Source of the DNA: the human T2T-CHM13v2.0 reference genome, Homo sapiens
Direction: 5' to 3' (one strand)
Assembly (NCBI RefSeq): GCF_009914755.1
Contig: NC_060925.1
Length of the DNA: 64,000 bases
A program made the position numbers and the translations under genes. Shown in pieces: positions 1 to 14,167 of this stretch (position 1 is the first letter of the stretch; every line of letters begins with the position of its first letter). The notes below the pieces were generated by a model. That model saw only the letters and a program-made list of their open reading frames with translations. It did not search any database and had not been told where the DNA came from.

Positions 1-1300
1 ACTTCAACTTGATTTGTTTTGCAAGCAGGAGGGAAAATGGGGTGAAATACCATATGTTCAAACATTTCTATTGCTTAGTCAGGATAAAACTTTAAAACAA
101 GCATGTGCATATTTAATGAAAATAAAAGAGGAAAACTAATTAGATATTCTAGATGATCTTTCAATGCAAGCCTTGGTCAGTTCCAATGCTTCAGGTGCAT
201 CTGCCCCTGTCCCTTCTAGCCCTTCTAGTAGTTCTGTTGAGACCTCTTCATCTCATCCTCCTTACCCGTCTAGCCCTATTTTACATCTACCTCCTTCTGA
301 GATGCTTAGTCCTATTCTGTACCCGTTACTCCCTGAGGAACCCAGCCCCACCTGTATTACCCATAGTGGAGCCTCTTAGCAACTTTCAAAGGAAAATCTT
401 TGCTTAGAGAAGTGGTAAATGGGGAACAGGGCACTATAAGGGTATGTGTCCCTTTTTCTATGTCTGATTTGGCATTATGCAAAGAAAAATTTGGTTGTTT
501 CTCTGAAGACCTAGGAAAATTTATAGATGAGTTTGAGAAACTAACTCTGACATAATTTAACCTGGCAGGATTTGCATATTTTGTTATCCACCTGCTGTAC
601 AGTGGAAGAAAAACAGTGGATTTTGGAAATAGCTAGGACACATGCAGATGAAATGCTATCCCACAATTCTAATCATACTATCTACAGGGTTGGGGGTATT
701 GCAGTTCCTGATCAAAATCGAGGATGGAATGATCAAAGGAATAGTGAAGACTGAGAAGAGAGATCACATGATCACTTGTTTATTAGAAGGGATAAACACA
801 TGTACGAAAAAACATGTTAATTATGATAACGTGAAGGAAGTTACCCAAGGTAAAGATGAGAATCTGGCTTTGTTTCAGGGACAATTGAGGCAATTAGGAA
901 ATACACTGATCCCACTTCAAAAGGACAAACCTGATTAGGGGTACATTGTATAATCCAGTCTGCCCTTGATATCCATTGGAAACTGCAAAAAAAGCAGCCT
1001 TGGTTCCCCAGACTACTATGAACCAGTTTTGGGACACGGCATTTATGGTTTTTAATAACAAGGACAAGACAGAGAAAGCAGAAAAACTTAAGACAGCTTC
1101 TCAAAAGGAACAGCTCTTAGCTGTGGCCTTAAGCTTGCCACACATATGGGGGTTGCCCTTACACTTCTCAGCCTTGGCAAGGGAAGCTAGAAGGCAGAAA
1201 GCCCCAATCTGGGCTTCCAGATCACCGCAACTTGAATATAAATTAATGTGCTTGCTGTAAGACAACTGGCCATTAGGAAGAGGCGCACCACTCACTCTCG
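1..1300 (+). pseudogene. gag: ERV gag remnant (MA, Pro-rich region, p30 capsid with MHR, NC zinc knuckle)
   Basis: Translations EIPYVQTF (~45-68), VPFSMSDLALCKEKFGCFSEDLGKFIDEF (~448-535), MHR-like VKEVTQGKDENLALFQGQL (~831-887), and a decayed CCHC knuckle CACCKTTGH* (~1248-1277). Confidence 0.85.
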
Positions 1301-1326
1301 GGTTTGCTCAGACATCCTTAGTTTAG

Positions 1327-1760
1327 GTGCTGAAGGCCAAGAGTGATGGGGCTCAAGACCTTCTGCCACAGCTCTCATTGGGCAACAAAACCATGTATCT
1401 GGAGGATCCTGGGGTAACCCTTGAAGTGGCAGGTAAGAATATTAATTTCCTTCTCTATACAGGGGCTGCTTGCTCTGTTTTGGCACATTATGAAGAGGCT
1501 TTATCATCCCGAGACTGTATGATCACAGGGATAAATGGACAAGCTCATAGGTGCTGTTTTAGCATCCTATAAGCTGCTCTTCTTTTTTTTTTTTTTCTTT
1601 TTTTGAGACAGAGTCTCATTCTGTCACCAGGCTGAAGTGCAGTGGCACGATCTCGTCTCATGGCTTTGTATGTTTTTCTTTTAATGCCTGAATGCCCTGC
1701 CTCTCTTTTGGGAAGAAATGTATTAATTCAGCTTCAAACTGTAGACTCTTTCAGAGATTA
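1327..1760 (+). pseudogene. pro: ERV aspartic protease remnant
   Basis: PGVTLEVAGKNINFLLYTGAACSVL, with the catalytic DTG changed to YTG (TAT at 1456-1458). A downstream MPECPASLLGRN motif is present. Interrupted by an Alu fragment. Confidence 0.8.
1581..1660 (-). mobile_element. Truncated Alu fragment in pro
   Basis: PolyT followed by gagacagagtctcattctgtcaccaggctgaagtgcagtgg. Confidence 0.85.
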
Positions 1761-2524
1761 CAAGGTGGATGAGGAATTGCTTTTACTTCTCTCCAAGACA
1801 ATGGAGAAAAATTAATAGAGATTCAGCTAGCTTGCATGTTGTAGTAACCTCCCAAATAGATCCTATGGTTTGGAACATTTAAGTTCTGGGGAGGGCATTA
1901 CATACCCCTCCAGTTTGTATTTAACTTAAACCAAACCTGGTGTCTCATATTCCCTGGAAAAGACAATACCCTCTGAGACCAGAGGCACAAAGAGGAATCC
2001 AGCCATTAATAAATAAGTTTCTGCAGTTTGGTTTGCTGAGACTCTGAGTCTCCCTGTAATACTCCAATCTTGTCAGTTAAAAAGACAAGTGGAGACTATA
2101 GATTTGTTCAAGACCTCCTGGTTGTCAATGAGGCTGTTGTTCTCATACATCCTATAGTATGCAATCCTTACAGGCTGTTAGCCCAGGTCCCTGGGGGTGC
2201 TAATTGGCTTACAATCTTAGATCTTAAGGAAGCCTTTTTCTGTATTTTGGTGCACCCTGATTCACAATCCATCTTTGCTTTTGAATGGACTGACCCACAT
2301 AGTCATTTAGTTTCTCAATTAACTTGGACAGTTCTTCCCTAGGGGTTTGGAGATACCCCTCATTTATTTGGAAATGCGTTGGCTAAAGAATTTAAAATGT
2401 TATGATTGGATAAGGGCACCATTATTCAGTACTTAATGATCTGCTTATTGCTAGCCAACCAAAAGGGACTCAGACAATAACACCATTTCACTGTTAAATT
2501 TTCTGAGAACTAATGGGTATATAG

Positions 2525-2858
<334 letters not shown>

Positions 2859-3781
2859 AAGGCCCAGATTTCAACTCAAAAAGTTAAGTATTTGGGATAC
2901 ATCTTAACTCCTGGCACCCGGGCAATAGCCCTGGTACAAAAAGAAGCTATTTTGGGTGTTCCAGAACACCAAACTAGAAAACAATTGCGGGCTTTCCTAG
3001 GGATGGCAGGATTCTGCCATTTATGGGTACCCAGATTTGGGATATGGCCAAGCCTTTAGATGAGGCTCTATGAGGAGCAGACTCAGATCCTTCTGAATGG
3101 GATAACAATTATAAACACGCTTTTAATACTCTCTAAGAGTACATCTCCAGCCTTAGGAATCCTCAGTCTTGACAAACCAGTCTTCGTTTACGTGGCTGAA
3201 AAACAACAAACAGCCCTGTGCATTCTTGTCCAGAAACTAGGAGATATCCTTTAACTGGTGGCATACTTTTCTAAGCAATTATACCATGTAGCTTCAGGAT
3301 GGCCCAGATGTCTCAGAGCAGTTGCAGCAACTGCTATTCTGGTAGATGAAGCTAACAAATTAACTTTGTGGCAACATCTGGAGTTTTTGACCCCACACCA
3401 AGTACAAGAGGTTCTAGAAGCTAAAGGACACCTATAGATAACCAAGATATGCTTATTAAAGTAGCAGGCTTTATTGTTTAGACACTCCTGATATTACTCT
3501 TAAAGGATGCCAAACCTTAAGCCTGGCTACTTATCTGCCTGAGGCTATGGACCCTCTAGATCATTCTTGCATGCAAGTTATGGAGCAAATTTATTCCAGC
3601 TGGGCAGACTTAAAAGATGAGCCACTAGATAATCCTGAAACAGAATGGTTTACAAATGGGGGCAGTTTTATGTATCAGGGAAACTGGAGAGCCAGGTAGG
3701 CTGTTGCCAGTCAGCATGAGGTAATCGAAGCCCAGGCTCTGGCTCTAACAGCTTCTAGCTCAGCTCAAAAAGGAGTTAATG

Positions 3782-4063
3782 GGCTGGGTGTGGTGGCTCA
3801 CACCTGTAATCCCAGCACTTTGGGAGGCCGAGGCGAGTGAATCACCTGAGGTCAGGAGTTTGAGACCAGCCTGACCAATAGGACGAAACCCCGTCTCTAC
3901 TAAAAATACAAAAATTAGCTGGGCATGGTGGTGGGCACCTGTAATCTCAGCTATTCGGGAGGCTGAGGAATCACTTGAACCCAGGAGACGGAGGTTGCAG
4001 TGAGCCAAGATTGCACCATTGTACTCCAGCCTGGGTGACAGAGCAAGACCCCATCTCGCTCTC

Positions 4064-4098
<35 letters not shown>
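3782..4098 (+). mobile_element. Alu (AluS-like) in RNase H
   Basis: Full dimer with polyA tail and TSD aaaaag(g/c)agttaatg (3767-3781 / 4094-4108). Confidence 0.92.
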
Positions 4099-4099
<1 letters not shown>

Positions 4100-4732
4100 C
4101 AGTTAATGGCTCCTACCATAGCCCTTCAATTGGGAAATGATTTAAGAATGAATATTTACACTGACTCCAAGTATGCCTTTCTGGTCTTCATGCTCATGTT
4201 ATCATTTGGAAGGAACAGAGATTCCTAACTGCTGCTAAGGGTTCCTGTATAAAATACCACTCAGAAATTTTAAATCTACTAGATGCTGTCCTGCTATCAA
4301 AGGAAGTTGCTGTGAGTCACTGCAGGGGGCATCAGAAAGGAGACTCCACTATAATAAAAGGAAATTCTTTTGCAGGTGCTATACCTAAGGCAGCTGCATT
4401 AAGGGAGCCAGTCAACTTTGTGGGCATGTTGGTACCCACTGCCCTGGTGATGACAAAGCCAGAGTATACTAAAGGAGAACAGGAATGAGCTAAAACCCAT
4501 GGATTAACTTTAAACCCTTCCAGATGGCTAATTGATGAAAATGGCAAGCTATATGTACCAAAGGCTGATCAATGCAAAGTAGTTAAACATGTGCATGATT
4601 CCACTCATTTGAGAAGAGATTCCCTATTTCAACTGATGACTTGTCTTTTTATAGGAAAAAACCTTCTTAAAACAGCAAAACAAGGGACTTGGGCCTGTGA
4701 ACTATGTGTCCAAAATAACCCAAATAATCAAA

Positions 4733-5166
4733 CTTTACCTCCTCCTTTAGTAAATCCTGTTCAGCACAGGGGAACATACCCAGGTGAAGACTGGCAAATA
4801 GACTACACTCAAATACCCCCATGGAAAGGATTCAAATATTTATTAGTATTCATTGATACCTTTACTTGTTGGATTGAAGCTTTTCCTACCTGGTCTGAAA
4901 AGGCAACTGACATTTCTAAATTTTTATGAAAGGAAATAATCCCTAAGTACCTTTACCTCCTCCTTTAGTAAAGCCTGTTCAGCACAGGGGAACACACCCA
5001 GGTGAAGATTGGCAAATAGACTACACTCAAATACCCCCATGGGAAGGATTCAAATATTTATTAGTATTCATCGATACCTTTACTTGTTGGATTGAAGCTT
5101 TTCCTACCTGGTCTGAAAAGGCAACTGACATTTCTAAATTTTTATTAAAGGAAATAATCCCTAAGT
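4733..5166 (+). repeat. Direct tandem duplication (2 x 216 bp, period 218) in integrase
   Basis: Copies 4733-4948 and 4951-5166 differ at 6 positions by manual alignment. Confidence 0.95.
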
Positions 5167-5855
5167 TTGGGCTGCCTAAAAGCTTACAGAATGGCTCATT
5201 TTTCACAGCAACAAGAACCCAAAATATATCACCGGCTCTAGGAATTCAGTATCATCTTTATTCAGCATGGAGGCCACAGTTTGCAGGAAAAGTAGAAAGG
5301 GCCAAACTTCAAAGAGGACTCTTGCCAAGTTATGCCAGGAAACATCAGAAACCTATTCGTCTCTATTGCCTGTGGCCTTGTTGCTAGTTTTGGCTGCCCC
5401 TAAGGGAAACTTGCAGCTCAGCTCTTTCGAAATAATGTATGGAAGTCCTTTCTTAACTGCAGATTTCCTAGTAGATATAGATACTTTCAAATTACAGAAC
5501 TACGTTATTAACTTAGGTCGGGTGCAAAAATCTCTTCTTGAATATGGAAATCAGAGACTTCCTCCCTCCACTAAGGAAGAAAATGCTACAATCCAGCCAG
5601 GAAACTGGGTTCTATTAAAAACTTGGAAGGAAGGGTCTCCGTTAGATCAACCTTCCCCAAAGTACTTGTACAAAGTACTCTACCAAGTACTCCTTAGTAC
5701 CCAAACTGCAATTAAACTTCAAGGAATAAGCAGCTGGGTTCATTTATCTCGAATTAAACCCATTTCTTATGAAGTCCCACAGGCTGAGACTGATCTCACT
5801 TATCCCTGTGTACCAACCACTGATCTCTGGCGCCTGCTCAGAAGAAACAAGAAGG

Positions 5856-7560
5856 ATGAATAACTTAAAGATTTGGATTAACATCTTAATTCTGCGCATG
5901 TATTGGAACCAGCTAAGAAGCAATCTCTTTGCCAAATGGGCACAAACTTTAGCCTCCCTACACAACAACACTAATTGCTGAGTATGCACGGAACTAATGC
6001 CTCCTCCACCTCAGGCTGCCCTGGCACATCCTGCCAGCCACTATGAGCATATGGGGAAATTATTATGATTGGGGTAAATGGACCACCCTTTTTCCCTTCT
6101 ACTACAGAAACACAGGGCCCAGCCCTTTCCCTTCCCACCGTGAAACAAAGAAGCCTCTTTTTTGTTTGATCAGAAAATTAAACTCCACTCTGACGTAAGG
6201 TTATACTGTACACGATGAATGGATGACAGCTGTCTAAGTTCAGGTATTAGGCAGAGTGCCCCTATGCTTTGAAAGACAATAGCAGTGATTACTACACTGA
6301 AACCTGTAACATGGAATGGTTACTACCCCAACACTATAATTGCACCCTTCTTGTAACTAGCCAAACGTGGATGGGATGGCAAAATGAGTCTTTATGGCTA
6401 GGTGCTTGTACTTCTCCTTGGGGTTGATTATGGGCATGTGGGTCACATGGCTGGCCATATGTGCCTTATAATTGGACTGGAAGATGTACATAGGGTCATC
6501 TTCATCTCCCAGGATGTATCCTCACTAAATTATAATCTCTCCCATCTAACTGGGAAACTGTAAAAGCTCGTCATAAGTGACAAAAGCAGTCTTCTTGGTT
6601 GTTTTACCCATTGGCTATCTGTCACATGTGTCCGTATAGAAGACCACCTAAACAGGCTTTGTGTGAGCAACAGGGCTGTTTATTCACTTGGGTGCAAGTG
6701 GGCTGAGTACGAAAAGAGAGTCAGCGAAGGTAGATAGGAGAGGGGCAGCTTTATAGGACTGAGGTAGGCAGTGGAATGTTACAGTTAGAGGTGGTTATCT
6801 ATTGTCAGCAGAGGAGGGGGTCACAGGGTCCATGGTGGGGAGATCATAAGATTCATTGTCCAGAAGAAGAATGTCACAAGGTCGATTGATCAGTTGGGGC
6901 AGGACAGGAACAATTCATAATGGTGGAACGTCGTAAGGCTGGTCAATCAGTCAAGGCAGGAGCTTCTTTTGTTGCACTTCTTTTGTGTTTTTTTGGCTGC
7001 TCCAGACTTCTTGGCTCCTGCAGGCCATCTGGACTTATAGGTGCAGGTCACAAGGGTTACAATGGCTGAGCTTCAGCTCAGAGGCCTGACACTGTCTTCT
7101 CCCCACAGGCAGCCACAATTGACATTGAGCTTCAAGCCAAAGCCATAGCTAAACACAGCTGCAGTTTTCAATAATACACGCCATGCCCTTACCCTCTTGA
7201 CTGAAGAAACATCTCAAATTAGACAGATAGCCTTATGAAACTATGGCTCTGGACATGTTAACAGCAGCTCAAAGGGGGAACTTATGCTATAATCAAAACA
7301 GAATGTTATGCATACATTCCAGACTATTCACATAATGTTACTCAGGCCACAAAAGACTTAGACACCCACATCTCTGCCATTGACACGCTGTCAGTTGACC
7401 CCATATCAGCTTGGTTCTAACAACTGCCTAGTCCTTGGGAAACTTTTTTTGTTTAGCATGCTTGGGATAATTCTATTCATTCTGTTTTGTGCTGTGGAAT
7501 ATACTGCATTGTACTTTTTATGTAGGAATAAGAGTTAAGCTTATTCAATGCTTCTTTAAA
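5856..7560 (+). pseudogene. env: ERV gamma-type env remnant, split by a solo LTR7
   Basis: ATG at 5856 overlaps the pol stop. NLFAKWAQTLASLHNNTNC*VC is a CWVC motif with W>stop at 5979-5981. A decayed furin site RHK*QKQ lies at ~6569-6589, an immunosuppressive domain MALDMLTAAQ at ~7243-7272, and a CX6CC remnant YAIIKTECY follows. Confidence 0.85.
6620..7091 (-). mobile_element. Solo HERV-H LTR (LTR7 family, LTR7C-like) inserted antisense into env
   Basis: The minus strand begins TGTCAGGCCTCTGAGCTGAAGCTCAGCCATT and ends ...GGACACATGTGACA. 5-bp TSD ctatc (6615-6619) / ctgtc (7092-7096). Confidence 0.88.
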
Positions 7561-7797
7561 TTTAACACGTTAATTTTCTAGATTTCACCTTTTTCTGGGA
7601 CTTAGAATTATGTATGATTGGTCCTCACTATACAGATGCTTTCTGACTGGCTAGCTCTCTACTTTGGGCAAAGGGATCCTAATGGTTAGGCAGGAATATC
7701 ATCGCTTCTGTTCAGCTTGAAGTTACTGAAGATGGATCTCTGTCCCCCTGCACCCCTTAGGATTAAAGGTCTCCTTGTAAAAAGGAGGAGGGAATTA

Positions 7798-8320
7798 TGT
7801 CAGAAGTGTCCTAACCAGAGTGATTCCATCTTGAATAAAGGTCAGATAAAGCCAAACCTGCTGGGCGACTTTCCCAGGAAGATAGGCACTCTTCACAAGA
7901 TGTTTATGGTTGAGGAAATGAGATAATGGAAAAAGGCATTCTTAGTTTAAAAATGAGTTTCACTTTAAAGATAACAGTACACCCATAAATTCTCCCTGAA
8001 GTCAATAGTTACACAAGAGAATAACAATACTAATAGTCTGTAACAAGCTGATCATAGGCTTTTGTAATGAAGTACGCTAGTTTTAGCCCTATAAAAGCAA
8101 GCATTACATTGAAGGCAGAGGTGCTCCTATATAAACAATACTTGCTTAGTACTACTTCAAAGCAAGGATACTACTCAGAAACACAGTAGTACTATTATTA
8201 GAAATGGAGTAGTTTCTAATGAACTATTTTAACTACTATGCTCTGCGACTTGCCCTGATTCTTTGCCGTGGACGTCTAAGAACCTGCTCTTGGGTCTGGA
8301 ATGAGACCCTTTTTCTGTTA
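7798..8320 (+). mobile_element. 3' LTR of the provirus, MER41-group
   Basis: Follows the PPT. Starts tgtcagaagtgtcctaaccagagtgattccatcttgaata and ends ...ctaagaacctgctcttgggtctggaatgagaccctttttctgtaa, matching MER41-type termini. TATAAAA at 8090-8096. Confidence 0.75.
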
Positions 8321-8619
8321 ATTCCTCTATTCCAGTCTTGAAAGTAAAAGCCAGTCTTGAAAATAACCTGTGAAGCCCCCAAGATCCACCCCCACTCCCT
8401 TACCCGCTTCCTTCCTGACTTCACCTACCCCTCTTACCTTCCCTTGATCCTCCAGCAAGCCGGGCATCCTCATTCCTCCGCATTTATGCACCTGATCCTT
8501 TGACCAAAGTGCTCTTCCCTCTAGACCGCCTCCTTCGCCTCCTGTAGATTTTTATGCAAATACCCTGTTCTCAGTGAGGCCTTCCCTAACCTGCCTATTT
8601 AAAATGACCATCCCCATAA

Positions 8620-8959
<340 letters not shown>

Positions 8960-9421
8960 CTATCTCTTTGCCCTACTTTTTCTCCCTAGTATTTACCACC
9001 ATCTAACATACTACTTAGCATCTTATTGTCTATCTGCCCACACAATGTAAGCTTCACGTGGGCGTGGATCTGTCTTGTTCAGTGGTGAGTCCCCAGTGAC
9101 CTGGTACATGGAGGTACTCAAAAATATTTGTTGCATAAAGTAATGAGCAAAGTTTGGCACAAATGTTAGCTATTATTATTTCAGGGCGTATCGGTAACAG
9201 CACCCTACCCTTTGCAAAAATCTCCTTGGGAACCAGAAACTTAAACACAACCAGGAAGAAAAAAAATCAGCCAAAAATAAAAGCGAATTAAGACAGTTGG
9301 GGTCTTATTTTAGAAATATACCTTTCTAGGTTCTGGTATGTTGGGCTCTGTCATCTTTCTACCTGATCAAGGAACCACTGTGACATTTTTTGGTAACTTC
9401 CAGTCTGTAGTTTGGATTTAG

Positions 9422-10200
<779 letters not shown>

Positions 10201-10965
10201 AGGGAGGGAAGCAGAGCCTGCTCCCTGGGTTAGGTGGGAATTGAGACAGGTCCTGGGATAAGCCAGTCTTTGCCTGCACTTCCTTTTCCTGCCCCTGTAT
10301 CCCAGGCCTCTGCATCGGACTCCTCAAACCCACTTTTAGGTCATGTACCCCTGGGGCTCAGCCAAAGCTGGAAGTGAGCGCAGAGGGTGGACTGGAGGTT
10401 AGAGACCCCCACAACCCCCCCGCCACACGTCAATAGAGACCCCCCCGCCCACACACACCCACACACGTCAATAGTCTAGAGGCGTCCAGAAAACTCACAA
10501 CCACCTGCCCACCTGGGTTGGTTGGGACTGGAGCCGCACGACAAGGACCAACAGGGGGCTGATATTAGATGTGGAGCGGGGGAACGGCATTGGGGGGAGG
10601 TCATAGTACCATAGTATTTCAGAGCTGGCAGGAACCCATCTCCTGCTTTTACACATAAGGAAACTGAGGCCTGCCACCTGTTAGTGGTAGAGCAGGAAGA
10701 GGCCTGATGTTTTTCAAAACCCTCTGGCCTGGTCTCGCTAATTCCTGAGTTAATTGGCCTTATATGGACTAGGATTGCATGGGGGTATCAGAAACCTGGC
10801 CCTTAGTCAGTGATGCCAGTTTGGGCATCATTTGTGAAGGGGCCATTTAGAACCATGAGTCAGTGAGGACACCGAGGGAGGGAGACATGGCTGGGATGTG
10901 AGGATGTTAAGGGATGCCTTTTTGCCGGTAGCAGAGGGAACCAGATGGTTCAGAGTCCAGGCATC

Positions 10966-11444
10966 CGTGCAGAAAAGAATTAACATGGCAGGCCTGCTCT
11001 CCTTAGAAAAGCCTACTTGCAAGGGTGGGACTTGTCTAGTGTCTGGATTTCTCACCCTTCCCTACCCAATAACGGTGGACTCACTTGCCTAGGCCGTATA
11101 TACAGATGGTGTGGTTAGTATTGAACACTGTATATGCTAGGCAGAGGGTGCCCCATGTGACCAGCCCCCAGTGAAAACCTTGGGTGCTGAGTCTAATGGG
11201 CATCTCTAGCAGAGGAATGTTCTGCCAGAAGAATGGCACATACTGTCAAGTTTTGTTGCTGGGGGAAGAGTGTGCTCTTCCTCATGGGAGGGAGAGAGCA
11301 TAGGAAACCTGCACATAGATTCCCCTAGATTCTCCCTCTGTGTTTTTCCTTCCCAGCTGTGAGTAGAACTATATGCTGGGTTCTTGGAATCTTCCTTCTA
11401 GGGACTCTCCAACTGACCCGATGATCTTTGGGACCACTGGCACA
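10966..11444 (+). mobile_element. Solo LTR, MER68-like (ERVL)
   Basis: Starts (c)gtgcagaaaagaattaacatggcaggcc, contains gtgaccagcccccagtgaaaaccttgggtgctgagtct, and ends gcaca. Confidence 0.7.
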
Positions 11445-12040
11445 AGAATCTAAGGAAAGAGAGAGTTCACCACTGAGGTTACAGCAAGAGTGCCAGAACT
11501 GCAAGATGAGGACTGAGAAAAGACCCTTGGTTTTTTGATGTTGATGTTATAGATTGAAATTTAACTGAGAGAGAGAGGACCTTGAGATGGAAACAGGGGT
11601 AGGAAACAATTGTTTTGGGAGTGGAGCCTGAGGATCTCTGTAGGTGGAAGGAAGGAGCCAGAGAGAGGAGGGGAGCGAGGGACGAGAGAGGCAGTTGAGT
11701 GCAGTGGGTTCAAGCTGTGCTGCGCTGTTGTTTGACCTAGATTGTTCTGGTCTATGCCTGTTATCCAGGGATAATTATTAATAACACCCTTTCACTCAGA
11801 AGTGTGACAATTTGTATAATACATTGGATCATACCTGGTTTTGAGTCCCTGTTCTGCTGTGTGATTTGGGGCAAATTACTAAACCTCTCTGAGTCTCCAC
11901 TTTGTTCGTAAGATACTTGGATTAGTCCAGGTTTCACCAGGGAACAGAACCATTTGGATATCTATATCTATACAGTTGATCCTTGAGCAACACAGGAGTT
12001 CGGGGTACTGACCCCCATGCAGTCAAAAGTCTGCATATAA

Positions 12041-12203
12041 CTTTTTTTTCTTTTAGAGGCAGGGTCTTGCTGTGTCGCCCAGAATGGAGTGAGTGGCTTT
12101 TCACAGGCAGTCATGGTGCACTAGAGCCTGGCAATCCTGGGCCCAAGCGATCCTCCTGCCGCAGCCTCCCAAGCCGCTAGTATTACAGGTGTGCACCCAG
12201 CCA
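12041..12203 (-). mobile_element. FAM-like Alu monomer inside Tigger3
   Basis: Monomer with the 7SL-like segment gtggcttttcacaggcagtcatggtgcact and TSD ~tataactttt. Confidence 0.7.
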
Positions 12204-12217
12204 TGTATAACTTTTGA

Positions 12218-12541
<324 letters not shown>

Positions 12542-13003
12542 CAAAACTTAATTACTAATAGCCTACTGTTGACCACAAGACCCAAGAACATAGTCGATTA
12601 CCACGTATTTTGTAAATGTATTATATACTGAATTCTTACAGTAATGTAAGCTAGACAAAAGAAAGTGTTACTAAGAAAATCATAAAGAAGAGAAAATATA
12701 TTTACTATTAAGTGAAAGTGGATCATTATAAAGGTCTGCATCCTGAGAAGGAAGAGGAGTGGTTGGTGTTGCTATCTCAGGGGTGGCAGAGGTGGAAGAA
12801 AACCCACATATAAGTGGACCCATGCAGTTCAAACCTGTGTTGTTCAAGGGTCAACTATATATAGATAGATAAATGGTTTATCATAAGGATTGGTTTACAC
12901 GATAGCGGGGGCTGGCTGGGCAAATTGGAAATACATAGAGCAGGCTATCAGAAGGGGCAGGCTGGAAGCCCTCAGGCAGGAGCAGATGCTGTAGCCCATG
13001 GGT

Positions 13004-13306
13004 CTTTTTTTTTTTTTTTTTTTTTTGAGACGGAGTCTTGCTCTGTTTCCCAGGCTGGAGTGCAGTGGTGTGATCTCAGCTCACTGCAACCTCCGCCTCC
13101 CATGTTCAAGCAGTTCTCTACCTCAGCCTCCCGAGTAGCTGGGATTACAGGCGCCCACCACCATGCCCAGCTACTTTTGGTATTTTTAGTAGAGACAGGG
13201 TTTCACCATCTTGGCCAGGCTAGTCTTGGACTCCTGACCTCGTGATCCACCCGTCTCAGCCTTCCAAAGTACTGGGATTACAGGCGTAAGCCACTGTACC
13301 CAGCCT
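13004..13306 (-). mobile_element. AluS-like element
   Basis: Dimeric Alu with polyT. Confidence 0.9.
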
Positions 13307-13811
13307 TGTTAAGGTCTTTCGATTATGAGATTAGGCCCACCCAGATTATCTGGGATTATTTCCTTATATAAAGCCAATTGATTGTAGATGCACAGCAATA
13401 TCTAGGTGAGTATTTGATTGAATAACTGGGTACAGTAACCTGTGCAAATTGACACATAAAATAAATCATCACAATGGTTATAATAAGAGTTCCTACTTGG
13501 CTGAGTGTGGTGGCTCACACCTGTAATCCCAGCACTCACTTTGGGAGGTCGAGGCAGGAGGATTGCTTGAAGCCAGGAGTTTGAGACCAGCCTAGGCAAC
13601 ATAACAAGACCTCACCTCTACCAAAAAAAAAAAAAAAAAAAGAGTTCCTACTCTAAGCAGGTGTTTTGTGAATGCCTGCATTAAATGAGATGGTGGTGTG
13701 CACAGGCTTAGCGTAGGCCTGGAATAGGGCTTAGCACCGTAAGTCTTAATAAATGTTAGCTACTATTATTTTTTATTACCTTATTAAAGATACAAGCAAG
13801 AGGCATTATAA

Positions 13812-14167
13812 CAGGTCCACGGTCCTTTCATGCACTACAGAAATCTAATAAACTCTGAAACCTAGACATTTTTGTTTTTCACAAGTCATTTGACAGAAAA
13901 ACCCAGCTTGATCTGAAATCACTTGATGACAGAACCTTGTTGGAGCTGCTATGAGTCTACGTTAGTCTTTATCCCATTTACTGTGAATGTTCATGTTTCA
14001 CTGGAGAAATACTAACATACTTGATTATGGGTGTTGCCTTGGACCTCCCTAGAGGTATTGCATAATATATGGTATGTTCCCCATAACACCTTTCTAAAAT
14101 CTGACATATTCTCATATTGAAAACATGTCTGACCCCCAAGAGTTTCTGCTGTGGGATTGTGGACCTG
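13812..14167. mobile_element. Old TcMar-Tigger-type MITE
   Basis: Terminal inverted repeats caggtccac / gtggacctg. Confidence 0.5.

Noticed and set aside
5267-5863. 198-aa ORF as a possible domesticated ERV protein
   Set aside because: It is only the integrase C-terminal remnant, entered through a frameshift, with upstream catalytic residues out of frame.
5856-7560. Syncytin-like co-opted env
   Set aside because: Multiple stops and frameshifts, loss of the CXXC, furin and CX6CC motifs, and an LTR7 insertion.
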